NCBI GenBank assembly: GCA_951406725.2
Contig: OX597823.1
Coordinates: 38,378,001 to 38,442,000, forward strand
DNA length: 64,000 nt
Source: Octopus vulgaris
Taxonomy: Eukaryota
Direction of reading: 5' to 3'
Part shown: piece after piece, positions 1 through 12,939 of the stretch
How positions within the stretch are numbered: position 1 is the first letter of the stretch
Layout: each line of letters opens with the position of its first letter
Made by a program: the position numbers and the translations under genes
Notes under the pieces: model-generated
Databases searched by the model: none
Seen by the model: the letters and a program-made list of their open reading frames with translations, nothing else
Told to the model about the DNA's origin: nothing

Positions 1-1392
1 GGATTTTATGATCTATATAACCTAATAGTTTATTTTATTAACTACTGAAGCTTAGTATCCTTATTTTGACCATAACTTTTTAAAGAAATGTTCCTTTCCA
101 TTTACAGCATAAACAGTAAATAAAACTAGCAGTGATTGTTTATTTTGGGGTGAAAAAAAAACAAAAACAAATCAACATAACATATTACAATGTTATATAA
201 ACTATTAATAACTCTATGTAATTTTTTTTATATTTCCTCATTAATAATTCTTACATTGAAATGATGAGTAAATTTCAGCATACAAAAGATGTGGTATAAA
301 AAGAAAATACAAGAAATTAATGCTTTAATATTTATTTGCTGTAAGATTTTCGATTTTTGAATTTGTAATACTTCAGAAGCAGAAACAGGGGAGGAAAAAA
401 AGCCCATTGAGTTTCCATAATCACTTTTATTATATCTTCCACTACTTTTCTAATGTTATCATTATTATCATCATCAATTTTATTATGAAAATGATTATTT
501 TCCATGTTGGCATGGGTTGACAAGGACTTTATTTATATATTCTACTTACAATCATTAATAATCTTTTAAGATCTAATCAAACTTCTACCTTTCAGATTTC
601 TTTCACCTAACCATAAAACTATAACAGTACCTGACATGTTCACTTTACAACCATATTTCTAGGTTCAATTCTATTTTGCATCACCTTGGTCAATTGCATA
701 TTTATCCACTTAATAGAAATCAATAACATAAGTGTGCTGCTAAAATAAGCATTGGGATTGACTAAATACCTTGAAAGAGGTTCCCTGACTGAAACCAATT
801 ATGAAACATCTGTATTTTATTTACCCTCTATTGCTACTCTACATTATATTATCATCCGGTATTCACCCTCAAATAGTATTATACAACAATAATTTTTCTT
901 ATCTTCATTATTTCTTGTGCTGTTAACAAGTGTACCTTACTGGAAAAATCTGTCCATCAGTTTTTATTGTCATATTTCATTGAACAATCATACCTCATTT
1001 AATCTGTTCTTTGTAAATGAAGGAAGTTCATTTATAATAACTTTGCTCATGTTTGTTCCTCACCCCATGCACATGCTAATGTTAAGTCATTTCAATGATA
1101 CAATGATTCTACTTTCAATGATCCTTGATTATCTTATTCTTTTAATTGCATGACATATAAATTATATCTCTGTATCTCCTCTCTACCAAGTCACTGAGTT
1201 TATGCTTCCTGTTTCACATACTAAATAGGGAAATTTCTTTTCTTTCTTTCTTTTCATAACTTAGTTGATGTTTGAAAGTACCATCTATAAATACATATCT
1301 TAAAATTTGAAATCCTTGGATTTCAAATTTATTCTGTAGTTCCTGTGTTGACATTTCTTTGCAATGTTTCAAGTATTAGGCCAAATATAGAC

Positions 1393-1700
1393 CCATGCAG
1401 CATCACATAAAAGCACCTGTGCAGTATCACATAAAAGCACCCATGTAGCATCACATAAAGCATCCGTGTAGCGCCATGTAAAAGTACCCATGTGGCATCA
1501 CATACCCATACAGTGCCATGTGAAAGCACCCAGCACACTCTGTAAAGTGGTTGGCATTAGAAAGGGCATCCAGCCATAGAAATAATGTCAAATCAGACTG
1601 GAGTCTGGTGCGCCCCCCCCCCCCCAGCTTGCCAGCTCTGGTCACACTGTTCAACCCATGCCAGCATGAACAATGGACATTAAATGATGATGATGATGAT
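1393..1700 (+). mobile_element. 3' end of RTE-type LINE family, with ~23-bp tandem repeats and (GAT)n tail
   Basis: Matches the tail of the RT-bearing RTE remnant at 12940-14555 (gtggttggcattagaaagggcatccagc...caacccatgccagcatg...gatgatgat). The unit ccatgyagcatcacataaaagcac is repeated at 1393-1530. Confidence 0.75.
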
Positions 1701-1739
1701 GTGGAACCTACTACGTTGATACAAATCTATTAAAACTCT

Positions 1740-1945
1740 TGTTGTTTTGTACCAAGTCTTTCCTAATGGAGAAAATCTGTGATTAAAGGAATTCTAGCCA
1801 TGACTATCTCATCTTTCTATGTAACAAGGACTTCATTGTCCAATGTATTGTTCTTATTTTAAAACTCTAGGGTGTGATTTGAGAGAGATTTCACTTGTTA
1901 TTTCTAGCTATCCAAGTAACTGTGTAGAGGCTCTCTTGATGGCTC
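1740..1945 (+). repeat. Unclassified ~200-250 bp interspersed repeat, degenerate copy
   Basis: Shares the motifs tgttgttt...ccaggtc, gaccat/gactat and tttgagrgaratttg...tatttctagc...agaggctcyct with copies near 2620, 11580, 11900, 14705, 15640, 47670 and 49975. Confidence 0.5.
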
Positions 1946-2619
1946 AATTAAGACTTTGATTTACTGTACTATAAACTGCTATAGAATTAAAGAATTGTTT
2001 CATTTAATTTAGTGCAACAAATTATTTTCAACCCATAATGTTATTTTATTTGTTTTCCTTTTTACTGTGGGATATATAACTTTTTGTTATTTATCAAAAT
2101 ACTCTTAAAACAATCATTACTCTATACTAATACAACAGAAAATGTCTTCCATTCTCTGTTGTGAAAACAACATAAAAAAGAATTAGTCACAGCAAATATA
2201 ATGAAATGACAATAAGTATTGTACTACAGTAGTAATATAGTAACAGGATTATAGGAGTTTTCAAACGTTTTAATGGTAAATAGCAGTGTGTTGTGTGACA
2301 TTGCTGGGAGAAAAACTGTTTTTGACCCTGGTTATTTGTTTAAAAGCAGCTGTCAGATCTTCAAGTTGTAGTGAGTGATTTGAACAATATCTTAATATGA
2401 TTCAGAATTCTTCCTATACACAGTGGATTGGTTAAACTCTTCTATACATGGGAGTATACCATATTTGTGTTAACAGTCACTATAAATTGTAAATCCCTCT
2501 TGCCCAAATATGAACTAGTTACTATCATACACTGCAATGTATCTGAATGCTGACAATTGTGCATTAATAAATGTTGGTAAATCTTGAAGATGACAATTTC
2601 ATTGTCCTAAGAAAATACT

Positions 2620-2825
2620 GATCTTGTTTGGTTCCCCCCACCCACCTCCTGGTCTAACCTATGATCAAAGATATTCCAGTATTGACCATCTTATCTTTTG
2701 TATATTTAGGATCACCTTGTTCAGTGTGTCCTCCATGTTTTAAGACATAAAGGTATGATAGGATGGAATCTGGTTGTTATTTGTTGCTGGTCAATCTACT
2801 GCATAGATATTCTCTTACTGGTTCA
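2620..2825 (+). repeat. Unclassified ~200-250 bp interspersed repeat
   Basis: acctatgatcaaagatattccag...gaccatc is shared with the 11580-11760 and 47670-47855 copies. Confidence 0.5.
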
Positions 2826-3540
2826 TTCATCACTAGGGAACCTTAACAGACTAAATCATTTCTATGATCTGGATGCTAAGAAACTGGAATACACAAACTT
2901 TTCCCCCCTCATTCTTGCTGCTGTTGATGGAAAATATACAACCTGTGGCACACCACTTCTTGAGAAAGGTTGGTCTATGTCTGCACTGTAACCTAAGTCC
3001 TTGATCTTTTAATGCTATTTGTTAGGTTATTATTAGGGCTTAAATTAATAACAACCTGACAAATGATAATGTGAGTAAACATGTCTCCCTCTCTTATTTG
3101 TTATTGTAAATGTTATTTGCAAACATTGATACTCATAGAGGTGTAGATTAGAGAAGAGTATAGTGTAAGGAGTTCAGAACACAGCTTTGTGCTGAAACAC
3201 TCATTTATTTTGCTGCAATAAAGAAAATTAATCTACATCCTTAATCCATACTTTATTGTGTGTGTATGTGTGTTTCTTAAGAGAAAATATGTTTGTTATT
3301 CATTATTCTGTTAATTACTATAATTTCTAAAATAAGTAAATTATTTTGAGTTTTTAGTTGCATGAAGTTAAAGCAGTTTTATTTTTACTTGCTATTATCC
3401 TTGTACTAATGTACACACATTGAATGACATCTATTTTCCTAATTTATTTCTTCTAGTTTAACATTTTGTAGATTAGTTCATCATTTTATTGCATCAACCA
3501 TGATTTTCATAAATAATATTCATTTCACAAATAAACATAG

Positions 3541-3606
3541 GATTTACCTGGAGATGTAGACAGTGTATTTGCGGAAGGTGATAAAGAAAACAGTCTAACT
3601 ACACAA
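3541..3606 (+). CDS. Internal coding exon of an unidentified host gene (DLPGDVDSVFAEGDKENSLTTQ)
   Basis: Acceptor catag| and strong donor caa|gtaagt. The exon is 66 nt, phase 0-0, open frame, with coding-like composition in an AT-rich background. Confidence 0.7.
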
Positions 3607-4118
3607 GTAAGTATTTTTCATTCTGCATGGGTCACTCTCATATTCTGCTCATTGTACAGTTTTATAAATCTTGTCTCAGATTATTTCTTTATCTGTGATC
3701 AATGTTTCCTTTAGCTAAGCAGTTTGATTCCTTGAAAATCATTCAATTATATATTGTTATAGATAATTCCTATGATAAAAATTTCAAAAATTTGAGGCAA
3801 TTATCTAACAGAATTTTACTATAATAAATTCACTTAGAAGAAGAATATATATTCAAAGTAGAAAAGTTATGGAGACAGATACTTTGATATCAACTACTGT
3901 TTGCTATTGTGATGGAATGGAAAATAAACCACATTCTAGTTATTTCATTGTTGCTGTTAGCAATTAATGTGAAAATATTTAAAGCATCAGGGTTTGTTTG
4001 ATCAATCATTTCTTCTTTTGTAATAAACTGATTTCAGAAATCTAGAAATGGGAATTTTAAAACATTAATATGTATTTGTTCTTCACATAGCACCTAGATA
4101 ATGTTTGAAGCTGTAACC

Positions 4119-4196
4119 AAAAGTTTGGCTTTCATTTCACAATTCACCGACATATATATATATATCAATAAATTGTGAAATGAAGGCTAAACTTTT
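4119..4196 (+). other. Imperfect hairpin with ~30-bp arms and a (TA)n loop
   Basis: aaaagtttggctttcatttcacaatt pairs with aattgtgaaatgaaggctaaactttt, including two G-U pairs on the + strand. Confidence 0.75.
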
Positions 4197-6799
4197 GTTA
4201 ACTATGGGACAAATTATTTTCCCGATATTGCTGCAGCATTTTTTTTTTTTTTAGTTAGTAATAATTGCAGTTAATAGCAATATAAACTGAAAAACTTTTG
4301 TTTATTTTCCTGTCTGAGAAGATGGTAGTTATAAGGTGTGGTGATAAAGCAACTGCCTCCATATATAAACTCATTTTCTTTTATTGAGAACTGATATATA
4401 GCTTTCTCATAGTCATAATTATGGAAACTTTTCCATTTATTCAAAGATTAGTCTTACCTTCTCATTTTCAATATCTTAAAAATCAACATTATTATCAAAA
4501 ATCTTTCATGGACACTTCATTATAAAATCTGAAAGCAAACATTTCGATAACATATATTGTTGCCATTTAATCATTTTTCTCTTCATATTTTAAACTCAAA
4601 AATTCTCTGAAAAATGTAATTTTGTAAATTCATAAAGAAAATCACAAATTTCTCAGTAAACCTTCAGAAATATAATGAAAAAATATCCAAAGTAAATATT
4701 TGAAGTAAATAATATTCCTCCCTTTCACTAAGCTGTATATCATGTAAATTCTATATATAGTATTTGTTTGTGCTTGTGTATAATCATTGTTTTCACATAA
4801 ATGGCCTTTTTTGGTAGCATTTTAATGATTCACTGAGCTGCAATAGTCTATCTCTGTAATTTGTGTTGTGTTTTCAGTGTTCAAATAAAATTAGTGAAAT
4901 CTCACTCTACAAGCTTTATATTTTATTCAGTGTTTTGTAGTTAGATCAGTTTGAGATAAATATCAGTTGTGAAAAGTTAGAAATAAAAGACAAATTAACA
5001 ATTATATGAAATCCTCATTTAGAAGTTTTGTAACATGAAAACCTGATGACTCATAACAAAAGTATAATCGTTAACATCTATTTTGATAAATGTCTAATAT
5101 ATCAAATGAATATCATGAAGTTTTGGTTATTTTTTTCAACATTATGAAAATAGAAATGAAAAAATTTATATAATTGTTAATTTTCTGCTTAATTTATTAC
5201 ATTTGATGTTTGTCTTTATTTCTCTGTGGTTTTCTAAATAGTTGAGTGTTGTGTATTGATGACTCATTTTCTTTAGTTTGGTACAATGTCAGCAACTTTG
5301 AAGAAACTCTTGTAAACAAGTAACTCTTTCAACAGTATTCGTGATTTGAAGAACTAAAACCATTCTGTCACTCTCTGTGCCGCTCATGCTCTCATTCATT
5401 TACTCTTTCTCCTCTCTCCATCCTCTCTTTCTTTTTTCTCTCACCTCCATACATATCATATATTTAACAAAGTTTTAAAATTAGAGATTCTCTAATCAAA
5501 AAAGCTAAGAAAGAAATATATCTGTGGAACATATTGATGTTTCTTGTAATATTGGTTACTACAAGCCATGTGTTGTAATTAAAACCTAAATGTAATCAGT
5601 ATAAAGTGTTCTACTTTAATCAGGTAGGTAGTTAACGTGCATGTATTAGTTTTTGTTATCCGTAATTCTTTGTGAAATTGAAAAGATTTTCTTCCATAAG
5701 CAGTAAAATTTATCCAATGTTGCACAACTTGCTGTAGCTGACTTAATTAGATTTTAATATTTTCTATGTGTCATAAATTCTCATTATTAATGTAGTGTCT
5801 GTCACAATATTTCAATGAACTATTGTAGTTTTTGCTACTGTTTACTACCAATCATCCAGAAATTATTTTGAGCAGTACTGTAATTATAAATATAAAAAGC
5901 TTCATATATACAATTGTTATTTTGATAATTCATTCAGAAATATCAATATATATATATGCATGCACACAAATACACACACACATTATTGCATTGACAGTAC
6001 TTTTTCTATTGATAAAATAAAATACTGCCAGAATCTGAAATTTTCTTGTTATTGAAAATTAAATTGTTTATTTCACCAATATCATCTTAATATTATTTTT
6101 TCTTTTTTTGTCATTTTGACAGAAATTTTGTATTTCATGATGAAAATATTTGGAGTGCCACTGTCATAATTTTAGTCTGTCTAGAATGTTATATAAATGT
6201 TAAAAAATAAATTGGATAAAATTATGGATAAAATTTTCAGATCCAATTCAGATCCAATTCAGCTTTGTAAATTTTATTTTAAGTTCCTCTTTAACTGTCA
6301 AATAATATAAAATTGAGGTAAAGCAGCAACTCAGTTTGAAGTTCTGTATGAATTTTAAAATTATTGTTAGAGTTTATAACATATTTTTCTCTCTGAACTA
6401 CCTAAAGTATATTATACTTCTGGGTCTAAAGAGATTAAGACATTGTTGAAAACTCCTTCATATCAAAACTTCTGTTTGGAAAAACCTATTTAATATTTAT
6501 AACCTGTCAATATTATTAACTCTAATAACATTCAATATTATTATTTTTGTTGCAACTTTTTTATGTTTTAATTACATTCATCGTATGTTTCAAACATTAA
6601 ACAGACTTTGACATAGCCACTTTTGTACAAGTATGTTATATGTCATTCTGTGTTATTTAATATCAAATGTTGCTTATTATATTTCTTTATTCCATTCATT
6701 TAGTTATAGTGAAACAAAATGAACATTTTAAAGGAATATGAAACTAAGTCTTTTGTTTTTCAAGACAAATGTCCTCATCAGAGGGAATGTCCTTATTAA

Positions 6800-7400
6800 C
6801 CATTATTGAGAGAAATGGAAATAGAAAGTACATACCTCACTCCATTTATAAGTTGATCCTTGTTTTTGGAATCAACTTGTTAGCATATCAACTTCTGTTT
6901 CTTAATAAAATGGACTGTACTATTTGCAGCTTCACACCATCTGAATTGTTTACCAAATTCTGCAATGTTTTTTTTGTCCATCTCTCTGTATATGAAGGTT
7001 GCACTTGAATGTGTTGATAAACTATTCACTTTTTCTATCCTAGCTGGCAACTGGTAGAACAGCTTCACAAACTTGCCCAAACTAGTTTGATCAACACCAG
7101 TTAAATTTGAATGTCTATTCAGTGTATACCAGCATCATATTAGCCAAGGCTATACATTCTGTCCTTTACTTCTTGGAAAGATGCCCATATGGTCAACTAA
7201 TGCTCTAGACAGCACATCGTGTTACATTATTAAAAGAATGTGGACAATGACCTAATGCTATTTCCAGAGATAAGATCTGAAAGAAATACACCACTTTCAG
7301 TTATTACTCAGCTTAATCAATTCCACTGCATACTTGAACTGAGGCTGGGTGGTAATATGTAGTCTACTCAAAACAAAGGAAGATATATCTTCCTTTACTC
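6800..7400 (-). mobile_element. Possible highly decayed CR1-group LINE ORF2 C-terminal remnant
   Basis: Fragmentary minus-strand peptides (FIYREMDKK, QPQFKYAVE) resemble the post-RT region of CR1-type ORF2. Many disruptions. Confidence 0.3.
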
Positions 7401-9041
7401 AGCATTTGTAAACCTTTAGAACCTGAACTCCATGTGTGAACAAATGAAATTGCCCTCCACATCACCATTTCTAATGGGATTTAATATATAATATATCATA
7501 CAGAGAGATTTGGGACTCTTGTCTACAAAAGGCTGTGAGCCAGACTTTGTGACTGTAGATTATCAAATACTGTTATGAACTAGTCTGCTATCAAAGGGAA
7601 AAGGAACAACAATTATTTGACTTCTTTTAATCATTACTACTGTAGAGGAAGCTTGGAGAACTGGTTAAAAGGCAATAATGAACTTCCATCTGACATGGAT
7701 ATTTGTGCTGAAAATGTTTACAAGTTTTTACTGTTAAAAGTATTTGCTTTTACAAGGCCCTTGATACACTGTTATTTAAATGCCCCACACACATACACCT
7801 TACTTTCACATTGTTTCTTGTTCATCACTAACTTTCAACATAACTGTACTGACTTCTTTTCCAGGTCGTGTTAATATGTTTCATGATAAACACCCAACAA
7901 TTATCAGATAATCTTTATTAAAAAAGAAACCCTACTCCTTGGTGAAAGTCTGTCTTTGACAGTGTTATATAATTTTAAAAAATGAGGTGGATGTTATAAA
8001 AAATATTGTTATGCACAGTTGTTTGAAATTGAGCTTTCAGATAGTGAATTAGTGACAGACATCTTATTGATATATTATCTGATTTTGGTTTGACGAATTG
8101 ACTGTATAAGTCACAACAGTGAACAGTTTCTGGCTAGTAAATTTAAAAACAGTTTTTTGCTTGGATGTATTCTAAAGAGCTGTTACAAAATCCAACAAGA
8201 AATCAAAATTCATGGTTAGAAAGGCAATACAATGTCATTACTTTACTCCTAATTTTTTTCCATGCTAGGATGAGTTAGATGAATATTATGGCACCTCACT
8301 GCTTGTTGCAGTATTTCATCATTTGGCACATACAGCAAAATTAATCTTTGCTTTTGTGTATAATGTAGTTTTTCTTTAGAGTAGGTTGGAGCATAGTTTT
8401 TACAGCTAGGTATTCTTCCTTTCACCATCCACTTCACAACCCAGATTGAATGTATTTTATTGAACCACTGATACTAGAAAGATTTTCTACAGCACAGCTA
8501 AACAGTCCTATCTGCATTATATCATTTTTTATTCCAACTTAATATTCTCCAAGACAAGTTGTTGGCACTACAACTTGCAGAGTCATGTCTCCTCTGGCTG
8601 TATTTTTATTTTTATTTTTTTTGAAGTGGTGACAATTTATTTTATTGGCTTCGGTTCACAAAAAGAATTGTTAAAAACAGATTTCTATGTTGACTGTTTT
8701 GATTTTATCTAATAAATAACCTGTTACAAAGTAGTTTCTTACATCATCCCATATTTCATTATTAAAGAATTAATTTTTGTAAATTAATAGAAATTTCTAA
8801 GGATCAATTATGGCTTATTGGGTTGGTTAAAAATTGAAATTTTATTTGGTAAAAGTATTTATTACTGTAGTGTTATTCATTAAAACCATTTTTTCTAGTA
8901 CTTTGCTTTGTTTTTTTATCATTTCAAGTTATTTAAGCATAAATGAGATCAACTGTTGAAATGAACATTTTACAACTCAGCTATGAATTGTAAAGATATT
9001 CTCAACAAAATAGTAAAGATATTCTCAACAAAATAGTAAAG

Positions 9042-9072
<31 letters not shown>

Positions 9073-10671
9073 TAATATAAAAACAAAATTGTAACAAAGT
9101 GAAAAATATAAATATTGTATATATAATTCAAATGTTAAAGAAACCTCTGACTCGCTCTGTTTAATTTAGTTAAATTTGTTTTAAATTAGTTTTTATTTAA
9201 TGAGAAATTGTGGATAGTCTGGGATTTATTCAAACAATGCAGGTCCCTTATATTTTATGATCCCAACTTTATAAAATCCATCTGTGTGAACAAACAAACA
9301 TAGGCATGTGTGTGCTTACAGAGAGAGGGGTGGGGGAGAAAGCAAAAAGAGAAGGTAAAATATTTGTAAATTATTTTTATTCCTGTTATGCTTTTGTTCT
9401 GGCTTGCAACAAACTTCTATTTTAATGTTATGAAATGAAGAAAAGATACAAAACAAAACAAACTGAAAATTGAAAGAAAACACTTGATTACAAATGTAAA
9501 ACTATTCACTTCATCTTTTGTGTGAAACTACTTCAAAAGAAAGTTTACTCCTTTCATGTACACTTAAACATAAACATATTCTGCTATTTATTGAAAATTT
9601 CTCATAGCAATAGCCAGTAATCAATATGTTGAACCCTTCTCAATACCTTAATCTTTTAAATCTGTAAATCTTCCACTTAATACTGTTTGGTAAATTTCTT
9701 TTGACCAATATTGCATCCAACCACCTTAGGGGAAGAGCAGTGATCAATACACTTGTGCCCCATTTCAGTAATGCTTTTAAAAGCATGGTATGTCATGTGA
9801 AGTTGCACAATGAAGTTAGTCCTTTCTAAAAGACAAAACCTATTTTAAAACTGAAAATTTAATGAAATATTAACAAAACTGTGCAAAAGATATTTCACAG
9901 GAAAATTACAGACATTTTGTACATCTGTCTGGTTTATTAAATCATCATAGTAGACATCAACAGTTCAAAGATAGGATCTACATATATAATATTTTAATAT
10001 CTATATACACTTACCTGCAGTTAATTTTACATTCAAATTACTATAAAAAATTCTACATCAGCTATTTTCATGATCATATCTTAGTTTAACCATTCAGTTT
10101 TAATAATAATGTGAACATTTGAAACACTTTTTTCCTTTTTAAGTTTAGTTAGCTTCAAAATCTTATTTTACTATTTGCTAATATATTTTCAGAGCAACTT
10201 TCTCAGCTATTGTTTTGTAGTTTGTTATTCTATTTCTGTATCTGAGATTGAAATTTCATTTATAGTAAGATTAACGTCACTGACTTTACTTTTTGTGTAT
10301 ATATTTACATCATCGTCATTGTCATCCTCGCTGTTGCTGTCACTGTCTTTTAATTCTACTCAAAATAATACTGACTTTTTTCCTCCTTACCACTGACAGC
10401 CATCTGATTCTCTTCATAGTCTGTCCACTGTCCTTCCTTATGTTAATTGTTATCTTTTCCTGTTTGTTTATCTATTTGGTCAGTAACTAAGCATCTCAGA
10501 TCTCAATATAAGTAGACCAAATCACATTTATACACAATGCTGCGGGCAAGATTAAATTTGTGATTTACTGTTGAAAAGACTATTTTGTTGATCGCTTGCA
10601 TACAATATTGATCTTTAGTCTTTAGTTAACTCTTTCTACATCCATCTCAATTATGGAATGGAAACATAGGA

Positions 10672-10710
10672 TTCTTTGAAAACAGTTCGAATAGAACTGT
10701 TTTCAAAGAA
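10672..10710. other. Perfect 17-bp-stem hairpin
   Basis: ttctttgaaaacagttc-gaata-gaactgttttcaaagaa. Confidence 0.85.
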
Positions 10711-10951
10711 AAGCTTTAGTGAAAATATATAAAAATGCATGAATATTATGGGTTAAAACTGTCCTGTAACATCTGAGAAGTTTCCTTGATATATGTTCTG
10801 AAAGCAGGATGTAGGCAGGAAATAAGTGTTGTATAGTATTTACTGATAAACACTAGCTCCTGGTTCAAAAAAAGGATTAGTTAAATCTTAGCAGTATATG
10901 ATGAAAGGCAAATGGACAACAATGCAAGATGAAACTAAAGACTGCTTGCTC

Positions 10952-10990
<39 letters not shown>

Positions 10991-11579
10991 TGCACACATT
11001 TAAACTTGAGTACAAGAAAACATCATTGAAATAGGATATATAATGAAATGGATTAAAAAAAATTATAAGCTATATAAGAAAATTTAAAAAGTAAACAAAT
11101 GTAAGCAGAAAATATATTTAAATTGACAAAATTAAAAGAAAATAATTTCTTCAAAGAAAACAAATATTTACAAAAGATCATGTATCTTGTTTAATGTTTA
11201 TTATCTTATTCCTTTATCTTTCTGCAAATTACCTATCTTTGTTGCGTATTTTAAGCTGAGATTATTAAAATTAGTTTGATTCTCTTTAATGTAAAATAAG
11301 CAAAAATATATTTTGATTGTTATATAATGAAGTCAGATAAATTCTATGTTGTTACTTAACAAATTTACAGACAAGATCAGTCAACTAAAAAATATATATA
11401 ACTTACACTAAAGTTGCTGATGTAATTTAAAATCTTGACATCAAAATCACTTTCATCTCTTCAATTTATAAACATGTTTATAATCGGTATTATGTTATGT
11501 ATTGTCAAGTTTTGATATTAAAAAACATTTTAAATTTACATAATTTTGAACCTCTGATCTGGTATAGAGATGCTGTAAT

Positions 11580-12100
11580 TGTTGTTTAACCCCAGGTCAA
11601 ATCTGATCATATAGACCTATGATCAAAGTGTTGAAGCTATTACCATCCTGTCTCATTTTCTGATAATATATCCAATATCAAATGTGTTCTTTTAGAAGAT
11701 AGAGTATGGTTTGAGTGGAAATTAGCTGCTATTTACATAACAAATTGAGCATGCATTTAGTGATGTTTTTGTAAATGTTTTTACTCATAGAGAACCTTTG
11801 AAATACACATCTCTCAAGGAACTCCTACATAAAAATTACATTTTTAGGAGTTATTTTTAAGTAGATTCATGAAACTTTTCTCCTATTTGTTAGTTCATGT
11901 ATTGTTGTTTAGCCTCCTAGTCAGCCTGGATTGACAAGATAAACCTATTCCAACCATGGCCACCTTGTCTTTTATTCAGACATAATATATTTAGGACTTC
12001 ATTATCATATATGTTTTTCCTCTTTTTAAGACAAGTGTGTAATTTGATTAAGATTTGACTGCTATGTTTTGCAGGTCAAGCAACTATGTAGAAGCTTTGG
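11580..12100 (+). repeat. Two adjacent copies of the unclassified ~250-bp repeat
   Basis: tgttgtttaaccccaggtca at about 11580 and tgttgtttagcctcctagtca at about 11902, each followed by accat...gtc and atttgactgcta/attagctgcta. Confidence 0.5.
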
Positions 12101-12799
12101 TGTTAACTTGTTTAGTTCATATTGTTCATTATGTTGTGCTTCAGAAACCTTTGCTCTTTGGAACTTGCTAGAATTATCATCCAACTCCTTATCTGCTGTA
12201 TTTAGTTTTCCATATCCTACCACCTTTATTGCCCTTCTCTCTGCACCTTTCTGCTTCTCTTTATATTTTACATTAACAAGTCAGCATAGTCTGTCTTGGA
12301 ATTACATTTAGCTACATTTTACCTGCCAGTCATTGATCTTCTCCCCTCCATTACTTCTTTTACAAAATAATTAATACCACTCATCCATTCCTTCCGAGTC
12401 GTCTGCTCCTTTTAGAAACATTTGAAAGGAAATGGAAACTAACAAATAAGACAGATGATAGAAAGAAGAAAGAAAGAACTAACTGAGAAAACAGAAACAA
12501 CTCGGTTGACCAAACAGCAGAATATAGAGAGCTGACTTTGAAACTCAGTTATGTTTGTTTGAGTTTAGAGGAAGATCTTTATATAATAGCAGACATATCT
12601 TTAGGAAAATTATAAGTTTTCAACAGTAGTGTTATGTTGGATGGGCAACAACACCTGTCTTATTTCATAACCAGAAGATATATTTGACAGAAGTTGATAA
12701 ACATAGAAACAAAAGGACACTTTTTTCTGTATATATGTGGTGTAACTATTTGAGTGTATTCCAGTTCACTTCTATTATAGCCAATATCTGAAATTATAC

Positions 12800-12932
12800 T
12801 GTTTGAAATTTTGGCACAATGCCAGCAATTTTAAGGAGAGGGGATTTAGTTTATTACATGAACTCCAGTACATGGCAGGTACTGAAAGGATGAAAAGCAA
12901 AGTGGACATCAGCAGGATTTGAACTCAGAACT
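12800..12932 (-). mobile_element. SINE fragment (same family as 18706-19140), abutting the RTE tail
   Basis: Reverse complement of ttctgagttcaaat...tttcatccttt...gtgccaaaatttcaaac. Confidence 0.7.
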
Positions 12933-12939
12933 CATTGAT

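Noticed and set aside
5278-5320. Possible micro-exon (WYNVSNFEETLVN)
   Set aside because: The donor is weak, the 43-nt length would shift the frame, and there is no other support.
8990-9075. 23-bp direct duplication plus (AAT)n
   Set aside because: An ordinary slippage product with no further structure.
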